A DNA stretch of 64,000 bases, taken from positions 10,106,001 through 10,170,000 of the forward strand of contig NC_043014.1 of assembly GCF_006345805.1 (NCBI RefSeq). Direction: 5' to 3'. Both the position numbers and the translations under genes were made by a program. The notes under the pieces are model-generated. The model searched no databases. It had not been told where the DNA came from and saw only the letters and a program-made list of their open reading frames with translations. Positions 13,786 to 26,837 of this stretch are shown piece after piece (the stretch's first letter is position 1; each line of letters starts with the position of its first letter). Source of the stretch: Octopus sinensis (taxonomy: Eukaryota).

Positions 13786-13957
13786 TATACCGACACCGAA
13801 ACCATCTGGTTTTTTACAACATGGCTACGTCTGCGACTATATCTATCTATCTCTCTATCTATTTAAATGGGTAATTACTACTTCTGTTAGCTTGGATTTC
13901 ATCTACTCCATTTACTAACTTTGGAAATATATATATGTTCGTATATATATATATATA

Positions 13958-14143
13958 TGGCGATTTTTTTTCCTCTGTCTTCCCTTCTCTGGATCTTTCC
14001 TTCTCCTATGTTTCCGACGAAGAGCTCCGCTCGAAACGTTAAACCCTCCTTTTTCCTTTCTTTCCTGAGCGTCCAATAATACTTTATTTGTACCACGTCC
14101 TCACGTTGTTGTGTTTTTTTTGTGTTTTCTTGTTTGGATTAAC
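13958..14143 (+). mobile_element. Penelope-like pseudo-LTR relic with hammerhead-like motif, inserted in (TA)n
   Basis: Second copy at 55617-55824; both flanked by (TA)n; motif gttt-ccgacga-a-gagc tcc gctc-gaaac-gtt-aaac at 14010-14044. Confidence 0.6.
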
Positions 14144-14159
14144 TATATATATATATATA

Positions 14160-14350
14160 ACATGGAGTAGATGAAGGGGGATATCCTTTATGTTGAATGT
14201 CTCGTTTTTCTGTTTACTTTTTCGTTGTTTGAAAAAAGTTCGTTTTCTATGTTTTTGTTTTTATGTTTTCGTTTCTTATTGTTTTCAACGTTCTTTTGAT
14301 GTCCTGTACCCATATATGCATGTATATATACATATATATATGTAGGTATG
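14160..14350 (+). mobile_element. Penelope-like terminal repeat family X (partial) with short inverted tail at 13896-13915
   Basis: Shares gatgaagggg..cctt, a T-rich tract and gatgtcctgtac..tatatgcatgtatatatacat with 33755-34070 and 18775-19075 (reverse complement); atggagtagatgaa is mirrored by ttcatctactccat. Confidence 0.5.
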
Positions 14351-14354
14351 TATG

Positions 14355-14407
<53 letters not shown>

Positions 14408-14447
14408 CGTGGTTATGTACATATGTGTATGTATATATGCATATATG

Positions 14448-14505
<58 letters not shown>

Positions 14506-15238
14506 TGTTCATGTGTATATATGCGTGTGCGCGGATTTATTTGCATTAATGCACGTGTAGGGGAGTGTGTGTGCGTAGGCTTTCGTGTTTTTCCTATGGA
14601 CAGTGTCACTGACCATCGAAAGCTGACCCACTGTGCACGTCGATGATAATTATAATATTTCAGATCATCAGATTCGCACAACCAGCTGCCTACGATAAGA
14701 AAAGTCCAATTATGCTTTCGCATTACCTGCTCCCCGTTGTATCCGTAAATTAGAAGCGAATGGAAGAAAGGGAATTATTTCTAATGCAGGTTACAAGCCG
14801 AAGTTTATAATGATGACATTCAATGAGTTGAAATGATTCCCCGAATGGTCAAGACTTGCAAAATGGCAAATAAGTTCATGAAAATATAAACATTTATTTT
14901 TGTTTCCATTTGTTAAATCTGTTGCATACTGCGTAGAATACACTTCTCCTCGTTGATACTCATATGTATGTTTGTTCATCTGTTTCAATCATTAAACTGC
15001 GGCCATGGTCGTGCACCACCTTGGAGAAAATTAATCGAACGAATTGCTCCCCGCTAAGTTGCGGAAGCCTGAACAAATCAACACCAGCTGTCAAGCTGCG
15101 GTTGGGGTAAACTCATATGCAAAGGCGCACGCGCATAAAACACACACGCGCACACAAACACACACACACACACGCACGCACGCACGCACACACACACATA
15201 CATACAAACATACATACATACATACATACATACATACA

Positions 15239-15321
<83 letters not shown>

Positions 15322-15719
15322 CAATATAGGATGAAGTTCCTTTCTGTACAGAAAAGGATTCCATCAAAAAGCGTGGCAGTATATTAAAAAAAACTTTACG
15401 GTTGAAGTATAAACATCTTATAATTAAGGGCTAAAGAAGGTTATTCTAAAGCCAATACACTGATTTATCCACTTATAATCCACTGTTACAGGAAAATTGA
15501 ACTGAAAGCGGGCAACTAACCTTTATAAAATTTAAATTTCGATATCTCTATATTGAATCAATTTCGGAATTAATCCTATAAAGGATACATTTTTCTTCAG
15601 TAGAGCTTACGAGGGAATATAAATAAAATACTCACGTATGATCATGGAAAAAGCACAAGCTAAAAACATAACTACATAAAAATGACATAAAAATATCTAG
15701 AAATACTAAAGAGTAAATT

Positions 15720-16442
15720 TATTCAATAAAATCGCAAATTGGCTTCAACAACGGTCTCCAAAAGTCTTCGTAATCTTCAGCAACTCTTCTGGTCTGTTTC
15801 CTTGTTTAAGTTGGGGATTCCTGGCATAATCATTGCCTTCAGTTCATATTTGGTGTTGCAAGGAGTTTTGTTAGTCTCTCGCTCAGCTGTACCGCACACA
15901 TAATAATCAAGTGGGTTACAGTCTATGCGGTTAGGTGGTCAGATGTTAGGGGTGCTATGGTCGAAGAAACTGTCTGACAGCCATAAACGGGTTCTCCTGC
16001 TTGTGTGACATGATGCAGAGTCCTGTTGCCAGATATAGGGTTTTCCAGCAGCCACCCTCTTTGCCCAGGGCAGCACTGCCTCTTCCAGGCACTTGATGTA
16101 ACCATCCCTGTTAGATCTGTGGCAGTGTGAGATGAATGGAAACATAACATCTCCATCACTAGTGATCACTCCAAACACCATGATGTTGACTGTATGTCTG
16201 ATGTTTATCATTCTCAGTACAGCTTCGTATTGATACATAGCTGTCCGTATTCGAGCTTCCGTCGCGAAGGCCAGGCAGCACAGCATGTCGTTTCTAAGTT
16301 TCTGGCAGAGTGAACTGCGTAATGGCGATGTTTTTCTCACAGATGCTGCGCAAATGACCCTACTACAGATTCAAAAACAGACAATGCGCAAGCAGAAAAT
16401 TAATAATATAAGATAGTAACAATTTACTCATCACACCCGGTA
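15720..16442 (-). mobile_element. Decayed maT/DD37D-type Tc1/mariner transposon
   Basis: Peptides VNIMVFGVITSDGDVMFPF and LEEAVLPWAKRVAAGKPYIWQQDSASCHTS; TIR-like end taccgggtgtgatgagtaaattg near 16442. Confidence 0.8.
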
Positions 16443-16727
16443 TATATACAGAGGATTTGGTAGACGGAAACTGAAAGAAGCCCGTAGTACATAATGTGTA
16501 TATATATATATATATATATATATTCCGTGCTATGCAGCACGGAACATGTCGCAGTCTCAAAGGACGAAAATATTTTGGCAAATTAAATTTAAACGTTGAA
16601 GTCAAATCTAACGGTTTTTGTGTTTCTTAAATGGCTTATAAACACCTTCCACGCTGCAATTGTTTTCGTTCAAGTACACGATCACAGATCAGGTCATTTG
16701 CTATGCAAGTACATCTCCATAATATAT

Positions 16728-16777
<50 letters not shown>

Positions 16778-16782
<5 letters not shown>

Positions 16783-16886
16783 GTATACGATTGAGTGTGC
16801 TTCTTATGTATATATATATATATGTAATAGTATATATCTCATCAATATCACAGAAATTTATCTGTCTTTGTGTTTGTATGTGTGTG

Positions 16887-16940
<54 letters not shown>

Positions 16941-17667
16941 GACAGACAGACAGACAGACAGTCAGACAGACAGTCAGACAGGCAGACAGACAGACAGACC
17001 AGACAGACAGACAGAGCATGTACCGATCAGTTTCCATCTGTATCAGTATGGATATTATAAGAGATGTGCATAAAGTTTTTCTGTCATCTCTTGTACTAAT
17101 GTGATAAATTTTGCATTAGCTGTGTGATAGTATTTATAAACTGAAAAATTCACGTATTTTCGATTAATCTGTGTACATATGGAAACATGAAAAACTTCTC
17201 ACAGCTTGTCTGATCCAGTAACGCATACATATATGTTTGAATGTGTACATATGTACTTATGAATAAATGTATGTGTGTATGTATGTATGTATGTATGTAT
17301 ATATGAATGTATAATGTAGTTAGTGTTTGGTTTGTAACGTTTGTACATATGTTAGAGTAAGTTTGTGTCTATATACACAGGTATGCGCACACGTGCGATC
17401 TCACATCCGGTCATTTTGGATTCACGGTGAAGTAGCGGACACGGAAGGGGTATTATAGTTTTGTAATATAATATACACAAGTTAGCGAATAGAGAAGTGT
17501 GATACCGACTGTTCTAGTCAATTAGTATATATACAAACGATAGACCAGTGTACATATATGTGTGTGTGTGTTTCTATGTATGTATGTATCTGTGCATGTA
17601 TGCGTATAAATATATATATATCTGTATGTATATATAAACATGCATGCATCCATATACATACACAGAC

Positions 17668-17704
<37 letters not shown>

Positions 17705-17706
17705 CA

Positions 17707-17740
<34 letters not shown>

Positions 17741-17749
17741 TACATACAC

Positions 17750-17782
<33 letters not shown>

Positions 17783-17888
17783 GACAAACACACACACAAA
17801 CACAAAGACAGATAATTTCTGTGATATTGATGAGATATATACTATTACATATATATACATAAGAAGCACACTCAATCGTATACATATG
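16778..17888. repeat. Inverted duplication of a ~100-bp unique segment (16778-16880 vs 17797-17888) within TA-rich microsatellite
   Basis: catatgtatacgattgagtgtgcttcttatg...ctcatcaatatcacagaaat occurs once on each strand. Confidence 0.9.
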
Positions 17889-17905
17889 TATATATATATA
17901 TATAC

Positions 17906-17938
<33 letters not shown>

Positions 17939-17958
17939 ATATATATATATATATATAC

Positions 17959-18015
<57 letters not shown>

Positions 18016-18107
18016 TATATGCATATATATGCATTTTATATATTTACACATTGTGTATGTGTGCGTATTTGTATGTGCCAGTGTATTTGTCTGTGTGTGT
18101 ATTTGTT

Positions 18108-18140
<33 letters not shown>

Positions 18141-18774
18141 TTGTGTGCGTGCGTGCGTGTTTATAGACTTCATTCCTGCAAAGTTGTTAAATTTTAATAT
18201 ATCTATTAAGTACGTAACTTTGAAGAAGTTGCAGTTGGTCGATTCCAATTGAGTGGAATAGATATTATCATAGATCTCCACTATACACGGTGACAGGAAG
18301 CTAAACAACAGAATCACAGTTTAATGCAGTCTCGTTTGTCGAACAAAATTAAAAGCGAAAATTTAACGTTAATGATATTAAATTAATTGGTTTATATATT
18401 TCTCAATAATACGACATAATTGACAAACGTGCTTCGCTACAAGGCATGAATTATAAGTGGATGTGTGAAGTCAGAGCACAGGCTCGGCTGAGCGTGAGAG
18501 TGTATGTATGTATGTGTGTGTGTGTGTGAGACACAGACATATATTAGGGGAGTGAGACAATAACTGTGTGTGTATGTGTGCTTGCGTTGTGCTCATGCGT
18601 CTATTGCTTGTTCTTCCGTGTATCTGACTTGAGCGTATGTGTATGATACACATATCCATATATGACCTCGAGTATATATATATATAAACCAGCTTAGAGA
18701 AGAAGAAGAAACGACACGAAACCAAACAAATCGAATCGAATCGACGCGAAGGCGCTCAGTCATACAATAGTGTA

Positions 18775-19075
18775 ATAAATAAAATATATGCATACATACA
18801 AACATATATGTACGTACCTACATTTACATGTATATATACATGCATATATAAATATATATACGTGTGTACAGGACACCACAAATAGACGTAGAACTCAACG
18901 AGAAACGAAAACGTAAAAACAGCATGGAACGGACCATTTTTTTAACAACGAAAAAACAGTACAAGACAACTACACAAGGAAAAATCCCCTTCATCAGCTG
19001 TCCCTAGTTCAACTCCAGCGTGTTTCGAAGGTGAAGACAGAACACGTCTCGTCGAACTAGTCCTTCCTGCGAAAG
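18775..19075 (-). mobile_element. Penelope-like terminal repeat family X
   Basis: Reverse complement matches 33755-34070 (ccttcgaaaca.gc...ctag.gacagctgatga.gggg..tcc.ttgtgtag). Confidence 0.55.
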
Positions 19076-19222
19076 AATTAAATAAAATTCCTTTGCAGAG
19101 GAGTAAAAACAAGGAAAAAAAATGTGACGAAAACAGGACGTAAAAACAATACAATTAAAAACAAATACAGAATAAAATACAATTACAAAAAATACAGTAC
19201 AAGAAGGAATAGTAACAGGACA

Positions 19223-19300
<78 letters not shown>

Positions 19301-19420
19301 TTGTGGTATGTGTGTGTGTTTGATATATGTGTGTGTATGTATGCATATAGCATGAATGAATACATATACATATACGTGTATATATACACAGACCGACAGA
19401 CACACACACACATATGTATA

Positions 19421-19452
<32 letters not shown>

Positions 19453-19633
19453 AAATATTAGGGAATAAATCCAAATTTACAGGGAAAAATCAGATTTAGG
19501 ATTGAATCCAATTTTATAGTAAAATATAATATAATATTAATTAGAGACAAAACCACTATTATGCAAATCAAACAAAGAAAGACTTAATCCAATACATAAA
19601 AAATTTTATATAAATTAAATATAATTAAGATAT

Positions 19634-19679
19634 CCACTACGATCGTTTCTTGTCACTTCTATGGACATTCATCAGGTGG
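19634..19679 (-). ncRNA. Minimal type I hammerhead ribozyme candidate
   Basis: ccac-CTGATGA-a tgtc catagaagt gaca a-GAAAC-gatc-GTA-gtgg; palindromic stem III loop; A.A mismatch at the base of stem II. Confidence 0.6.
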
Positions 19680-19739
19680 TTTCAAGACCTATGCAATTTT
19701 GAATTATCAACATTGCATAGACGGTCTTGAAACCACCTG

Positions 19740-19764
19740 ATAGATAGATATTGATAGATAGATG

Positions 19765-19825
<61 letters not shown>

Positions 19826-19843
19826 GTAGATAGATAGATAGAT
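19740..19843 (+). repeat. (GATA)n microsatellite truncating an inverted copy of the hammerhead 5' arm
   Basis: ggtcttgaaaccacctgat|agatagat... Confidence 0.9.
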
Positions 19844-20242
19844 ATGCTTTTACAACGAAAGGTTTAACAGTGACTTCGATGTCTCAGGACCTGCCACTCT
19901 TCATCGAACTACAAGACTTTTTTTTATTGTAAATTTAAGTATCAGATAGTCAGGTACGCAGTATGCGCGGCATCCATATGTTTACGTACTGCATCGCGCA
20001 ACTCCCGAATCATCCGCTTAACAAAATAAATAAGCGATCAGTGATATTGGCTAATCAACGGATTATCAAGTAAACCTGTTCATCATAGATTTGTTGTGAC
20101 TACAGCTTCTTCATCAACGTTGGTGAATAGCAGAATTTAGGTTGTAAACTAAAGACATTCCTATACAAAATATGTTATTAAACTTAGCTACCTTGTTCAT
20201 GAAGACTGGTAGTTTATTGTTCGAATGCATCTTCCGGTGCTT

Positions 20243-20659
20243 GTATCTTTTCGGTTTGAACGGCAGTTTTTAACGTAATTTCTAGGTAAGTAAACACTTT
20301 TAAACTTTGTATACTGGTAGAATGTGTTTATAAAACATCTTTTTCTCTTGGCTTTTTATTGAGAAAATTCTATAGTTTGTAAGATATTTGTTGTTTTTTT
20401 CTTCAATTTCTGCAATTTCAACCAATCAATGACGTCTATTGAGGTAAAAAAAATTCTGTGCCGTATGAATATGTCCCACGTTTAAGAAACAGATTGGGTT
20501 TATTTACAATTGTGAAGAAAAAAAAGATACCCTTCCCCCACCCCTAACCCTAACCCTAAAATAGACAGAAATGCAATAGATCGGTTCTAAGGCATAATTA
20601 TGGGTCACAATTTCAAATGACACCGCTAGAAAATACTGCCGTTCAAACGGAAAAGATGC
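20243..20659 (+). mobile_element. Merlin-like MITE with 8-bp TSD
   Basis: TIR g(g/t)atcttttcggtttgaacggcagt ... actgccgttcaaacggaaaagatgc; TSD cggtgctt / cgatgctt; internal (CCCTAA)n. Confidence 0.8.
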
Positions 20660-21339
20660 CGATGCTTTTCTAAGAAACGGTTTACGATGCTATAATATTT
20701 TATAGTTTACAACATAGATGAGACATGTTTAAAAAATTCCGGTATAGATTATTCATTTTCTTAAGAAATCTCGATAAAATTTCTATTAATCATTACAAAA
20801 CTAATGTACCATTTACTGTAATTAATGGATATCCAGCTAATTAAAAGTCACTGATAATAACTTAGGAAAAACTGCTGTTCAGCAAAGTTGTCTGTCAAAT
20901 ACCAGGGGAGACACAGGGAAAAGAAGGATAGAGGGGGAAAGTAGAAGAGATAACAGAAAGTTAATAGATAAATCAAACCGAAAGATGGTTTACGCATTGA
21001 CATGAAGACGGTATCGGCATTAAAAAATACATATACGTTCTCGATTGATGAATGTAATATAGGAAAATAATCAGTGACAACGTAGATATAAATTTATATA
21101 TTTATGTCAGTTAAGTATCGAAAATATATAGATATCAGTCATTTAGCTACACAAAAGATATGAGTTGAAAGGCCAAAAAATAAGTGTTGAAAAAACAGAG
21201 TCGATATTCCCGATACCGTAAGAATGAAAGCTAAAGTTACTATCAGCCAATATTGTCACAATATTATTTAGAATAAAGCGAATCGATTAAAATCATACGC
21301 TTTCAGTAGAATGTTAAAACACTGTCATCATGGTATAAA

Positions 21340-21595
21340 TCAGACTATCGGATGTTGTATTACATGACTGGGCACAATGCGCTTCACATTGTTTTTTATC
21401 TTTCGAATGATGCCACCCCAATGGCTAGGTGAGCTGACCAACTTTTACGCTGACCGGGAGGTCAATTCGTCAAAGTATTAGCTATTTACGTGAAATGAAG
21501 CATTTTGCTCACGAACATAATGCGCCGCTTGGTCTGGGATCGAACTCATCACCTAGCGATTGTAGGTGCAATGCCCTAACCATTATGCCACGCAA
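21340..21595 (-). mobile_element. Degenerate SINE, head B with tail iii
   Basis: Reverse complement has gcgtggcataatggttagggc...ttcgatcccagacc and tail ggggtggcatcattcgaaag..acaatg.gaagcgcattgtg, shared with 1082-1386. Confidence 0.65.
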
Positions 21596-21799
21596 CTTTA
21601 CACAAAAAGATGACCGGAATAATTTTTAAACATTGGGCGTAATATAAGACCTGTTATTATAGGGATTGTTTCTATTTTTAGTCTCCACGTTCTAGTTGCC
21701 TCTATTTCCAGATCTCTTTATCTTGAAAGTAATCTACTCCCCAAATTTGCTGCCCGTGTGGCAAAATTTGAATCATTCTTACCATTATTATTATTATTA

Positions 21800-22193
21800 T
21801 TGAGTGAGAGAGCAGTGCATGTCATCAAAGTGACACTGGGGTAAAATATACGAAGCCCAGTATACCCATCATGACTACCCGTCTGATAACGGTACACTAG
21901 GCACATGCATCATAACCATATGTGCGCGACATGGTGATCTCATATCAAGATAAACAGCACATGACCTTGCATGTGGGGCCCAGTTAGAATTTTCTTCAGG
22001 TCGAGTAACCCATCCCACTCGAAAGGTCCCTGAATAAGGGTTGTTTAAGGGTGTTGAACAAAACACCCATGTTTCCAGAGGTGAATTATTCAAACCCCAA
22101 ATAATCCCTCTCAACACATGGCTATGATGCTCCCCCACTACTTCTGCTCGTGATCAGAGATGCACATATCGTCAGCCACTAAGGGACATGCTC
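21800..22193 (-). mobile_element. Truncated copy of the (TTA)-flanked retroposon
   Basis: Near-identical to 5880-6270; flanked by TTA arrays. Confidence 0.8.
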
Positions 22194-22254
<61 letters not shown>

Positions 22255-22257
<3 letters not shown>

Positions 22258-22693
22258 TAGTTTTATTTTTATAGCGTGCTTTCACTTCACTACCGAGCGC
22301 AGCTCTGTGTGCTTTGGGTATGTGCTGTGATTTGTTGTGATGCTTTGATGGTTATTGTATGGAAAGTGTTCTGCGAAGGATGTGTGCAGTGCCTAGTAGT
22401 GCAATTTTCTGTATGTTATATGTGTTTGTAAGTCCTGGTGTTTTTGTTATGTATTTGTCTGAATATTTTTTTATCATGCCTAATGCACCTACTATGATAG
22501 AAATTGTTTCTGTTTTCAGGTTCCACATTCTAGTTACCTCTATTTCCAGGTCTTTGTATTTTGAGAGTTTCTCCATTTCTTTTAGAGACACGTTGTCATC
22601 TGCCGGTATTGATACATCAATTAGAAAGCACTTTTTTCCTTCATGATCTCTGACAACTATATCTGGTCTGTTGGCCTTAATTTCTCTATCTGT
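22255..22693 (-). mobile_element. R4/Dong-clade 3' end: restriction-like endonuclease domain plus 3' UTR, in (TAA)n
   Basis: DREIKANRPDIVVRDHEGKKCFLIDVSIPADDNVSLKEMEKLSKYKDLEIEVTRMW..IIVGALG..IQKIALLGTAHILRRTL* followed by UTR and TAA repeats. Confidence 0.9.
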
Positions 22694-24269
22694 ATGTATG
22701 TATTATTATTATTATTATTATTATTAATGGTAAAATCTTTAGCGCGCCGGACGAAATCCTTAACGGTATTTCGCCCGTTGCTACATTATATTTTCTTACT
22801 TTTTTTTTTGTTAAATAATTGCGACCACTCAAGTAGTCATCCATTTCACAAATGTACCTACTACAATAGTTTTTCATTTCCCATTGAGGTTGTTCGTTGA
22901 ATTAGAACCAAGTGAAGAATTGCAAATATTTTTATTTTACAAATCTCTTAATTTTTTACTGTTTGTACATTAAAATTGAATTTATTTCTGTATCCGCACT
23001 TGAATGTGTTCCGTTCTCTTTTACAGTATCTTTATTTACTCTGAGAGAATGCAGGTTATAATTTGAATACAAAATAAAGAATTGACAACCTGGCACCCTA
23101 TACTGACGTCGCAAAAGGTGTATAAACAGATTATGAAATAAATTACATTTAATTGTATAAACATAGAATTTTGTGTCACTTGAAATAAAGTAAACATTTT
23201 TTTTTCCATTTCTTTTCCTGCTTTTCTCTTTTACCTGTAGAAAACTGAGTGTTTAATTAATAAACTGTTTTTATTGAAATTAAAGATAAAAAAAAAACTT
23301 GAATACTACCGAAGAGGCAACGTATTGTAAATATGTCGCTTTAGCAGTAACGGACAGGCGATAAAAAACGTGTCATCATAACACTATACCGTCCGCATGT
23401 GTGTCGGCTTTACATGCAAACGTTCGAAATATCTGATAACGAGATTAAACGTGTCTTTCATCCAAAGCAAAAAAAAAAAAAATGCTCATACCAAAATGAT
23501 TTTAAATTTCGACAGATTGTTTTGTCACCAGCAGATAAAGGAATATGAAGTATTTAAATTCTATTGCAGTCCACATTTCGCTAAAATCGTATGACTAACT
23601 CCACGTCCTCTGTTATTGCAAGAGACGATACTCTAGGTTATTTATACACTTACGATAATAATATAGATATCTGTGTGGTTGTAGTTGTATATTGTGTTGT
23701 ATTACGATTATTTGGGTAGCTAGGAATGATAGCAAGATAAAACGGGAGAAACCTAGCGAAGCGTGACTTCATTCGTATGACAAAGGATTAAAATATATTT
23801 ATGAAAAGAATTGCTATAGAGAATAATACTTTCTGCTATATGATGAAGGCCTGGCCAGAAATTTTGGAAGAGGGGATTATTCGATTATATTTCCCAGTGC
23901 TCAACTGGTGTTTATTTTATCGATCAGGATCAGATGAAAGGCAAACCCGACCTCGGCGAAATTTCAAATCAGAATTTGAAAGCTAGAAAAAATGGCGCCT
24001 AAAATTCAGTGTTATTGTCTTTGGTTATTATTTTACTCACACTCTTATTGGTCTATCATTGCCTGGTATGCGAAATATTCTGGGATATCTCAATACAAGT
24101 ACCTCAATATTTCATAAGAGATTATCGAAAATTATAATTCTCTTTTATAATCTCTGACTGATTTTACTTAATATTTAGAGGGAGTTTATCGTCTTTGACG
24201 AGTAAGAATATAGGTGCTTAGAACAGGAACACTCAAAGAAAGTATTAATGTTTCTTGTCTTTGATGATG

Positions 24270-24525
24270 CATGCACTTTGTGAGTTCTCGTAAAAAATAG
24301 GGATTTTCATAGTAAAAATACACCTTTTTGATGTAAATAATTTCTTGTCTTAACATGGTCCGATTTGAATTTTTTTCTTCTACGGAATGAAGAGTAAGCC
24401 TTCTTCTATCATACTCTCAATTTTAGTCAACTTTCGCCGCAGAGTCTCGGAGGAGATAGTGTTAGTTGAAGGCTACCAAACCTGCCACACATACACAGAC
24501 AACTTCAGCTTTATATAAAAATATG
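24270..24525 (-). mobile_element. Non-autonomous Helitron 5' part (subfamily of 59760-60151)
   Basis: Reverse complement aligns with 59761-59990 (tataaagctgaagttgtc...ggcaggtttggtagccttcaac...); the left boundary is approximate. Confidence 0.7.
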
Positions 24526-25377
24526 TGATGGTGCTTCAATGTTATTTGTTGCCAGAGAATGTATATTACTACTTGTTATGAATCGTTTTATAGTGGGCGA
24601 TGCACATATATTACGTAATCGTGTCCCCTTGCCATGAGAATAGAATTTATTGTTATAACCTGATGGCGACAGATGTTGCTTACTTGGCAGCAACATTTTA
24701 GAGATTTAGCAATAAATTTTAATAAAACATAAATCAACGCAAGGGGGACGTTTGATAACAGCATCATCATGATCACACCAGTGAAAGGTGAGTGAGTGAG
24801 TGAATAAGTGATTCAGTGGTAAACGATTGGATGCTGTAGAGGTAGACGGGCCAGAGAATTAAATTAAGAAATCGAAGCATGATCGAATGACTCTAGTAAG
24901 TGAAATACAATTCAAGGAAAAATTCCGTGTAAAGATTAATAGCAAACTTATTAATCATTTAGACTCACACTGTCCTACTAAAATAACCGTAATATACGCT
25001 AGCAGCTTCACACAACGTACCGAACGATAGTTGAGTTTTCTTGGTTATAAAAACCAAGGATACACAGTAAATCACTCGGATAGTGACAAGTTGTAAACTC
25101 TTTATTACGGAATGGACATATACTAAATAATATATTGCCAACTTCTCTAAACGTCTAAGTTTGTATTAAGAAGACACAGGTCTCATGTTGGTTTATTGGA
25201 CTGCATTTTTTATTTTATCGTTGAACCCAAGATTAGTTCTAATGTATACGACCTACGATTTCTGTCTTCCAGCCATGATTGTTATTTCTATTGTAAAACA
25301 ATAAATTTAGGAGATATTAAGGCCGCTATTTTTAGTAGGGCAGGACTGTATGTTAAGTTATGGCATGTCATGTGAAG

Positions 25378-26144
25378 GTGGAGGCGCGTGGCTTAGTGGT
25401 TAGGATGTCAGCATCAGTATCGTAAGATTCTGGTTTCGATTCCTGGACCGGGCGACGCGTTGTGTTCTTGAGCAAAACACTTCATTTCACGTTGCTCCGG
25501 TCTACTCAGCTGGCGAAAATGAATAACGCTGTGATAGACTGGCGTCCCGTCCAGCTGGGGAACACATACGCCATTGAAACTGGGAAACTGGGCCCACGAG
25601 CCTAGCAAGGCTTTAAAAGGGTGAAGTGGAGGCGCGTGGCTTAGTGGTTAGGGTGTGAGTATCATGATCATAAGATTGTGGTTTCGATCCCTGGACCGGG
25701 CGACGCGTTGTGTTCTTGAGCAAACCACTTCATTTCACGTTGCTCCAGTTCACTCAGCTGGCAAAAATGAGTAACGCTGTGGTGGACTGGGGTCCCGTCC
25801 AGGTGGGGAACACATATGCCATACAAACCGGGAAACCTGGCCCATGAGCCTGGCTAGGCTTGAAAAGGGAATATTTATTTAGTGGAGGCGCGTGGCTTAG
25901 TGGTTAGCGTGTCAGCATCATGATCGTAAGATTGTGGTTTCGATTCCTGAACCGGGCGACGCCTTGTATTCTTGAGCAAAACACTCCATTTCACGTTGCT
26001 CCAGTCCACTCAGCCGGCAAAAATTAGTGACGCTGCGATGGACTGGCGTCCCATCCAGCTGGGGAGCACATACGCCATAGAAACCGGGTAACCGGGCCCA
26101 TGAACCTGGCTCGGCTTTAAAAGGGCGCATTTATTATTTATTTT
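25378..26144 (+). mobile_element. Three head-to-tail SINE B/tail i copies inside one 13-bp TSD
   Basis: Heads gtggaggcgcgtggcttagtgg at ~25378, ~25627 and ~25882; TSD atgtcatgtgaag at 25365-25377 and 26145-26157. Confidence 0.9.
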
Positions 26145-26837
26145 ATGTCATGTGAAGAGGTTTATTATTTCTTTTCTGTCTAATCTTATACGTTTTACTT
26201 ATTTCAGTCACTGGACTGTGGCCATGCTGGAGCACCACTTTAAGGATTCTAATAGAAGAAATCGCCCGTAGTACCATGGTACTTATTTTCTAAAGTCTCT
26301 TATTTATTCTATCAGTTTTTTTTTATTACGTGACCGCAAAGAAACCAACACCGGTGGGCAAGCGATGAATGAGGAACAAGTACAGAAAAAGAATCACACG
26401 CACATACACGCACATATGTATATGACCGGCTTCCGCACAGTTTCTGTCTACCAAATTTAACAAGCAAGATTCTTAACTACAACTCCATGGCTGTCTGTTC
26501 TTAATTTTCTTTTTTGTTCTCTTTCTATATAATATTGCAATGAAATGTGGCCAGCTGGGGCACCACCATGAAGGGTTTTAGCCGAACAAGTCATACACGC
26601 ACGCGCGCGCATATAAATACAAGTCGGGATTTGAATCTTTTCCGTCAATCAAATTTCCTCGCGAGGTGTTAGTCGAGTCTGGTTTATTGTAGAAGTGTCT
26701 GTCAGAGGGATTGATCACAAAACAACGGGATTGCAAAAACGGCCTTCTTAACGACACACGCATGTTGGCGCCTATGTAAATTCCTGCAACGCATTCCTAT
26801 AGTACGAATGGAAATGAGTTTGCTAATATGTGAAAAT

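Noticed and set aside
18985-19060. Type II hammerhead reading of family X (ccttc-GAAAC ... CTGATGA-agggg)
   Set aside because: Stem II pairing would have to use core G8/A9, the homologue at 33805-33855 does not restore it, and no GAAA follows the CTGATGA.
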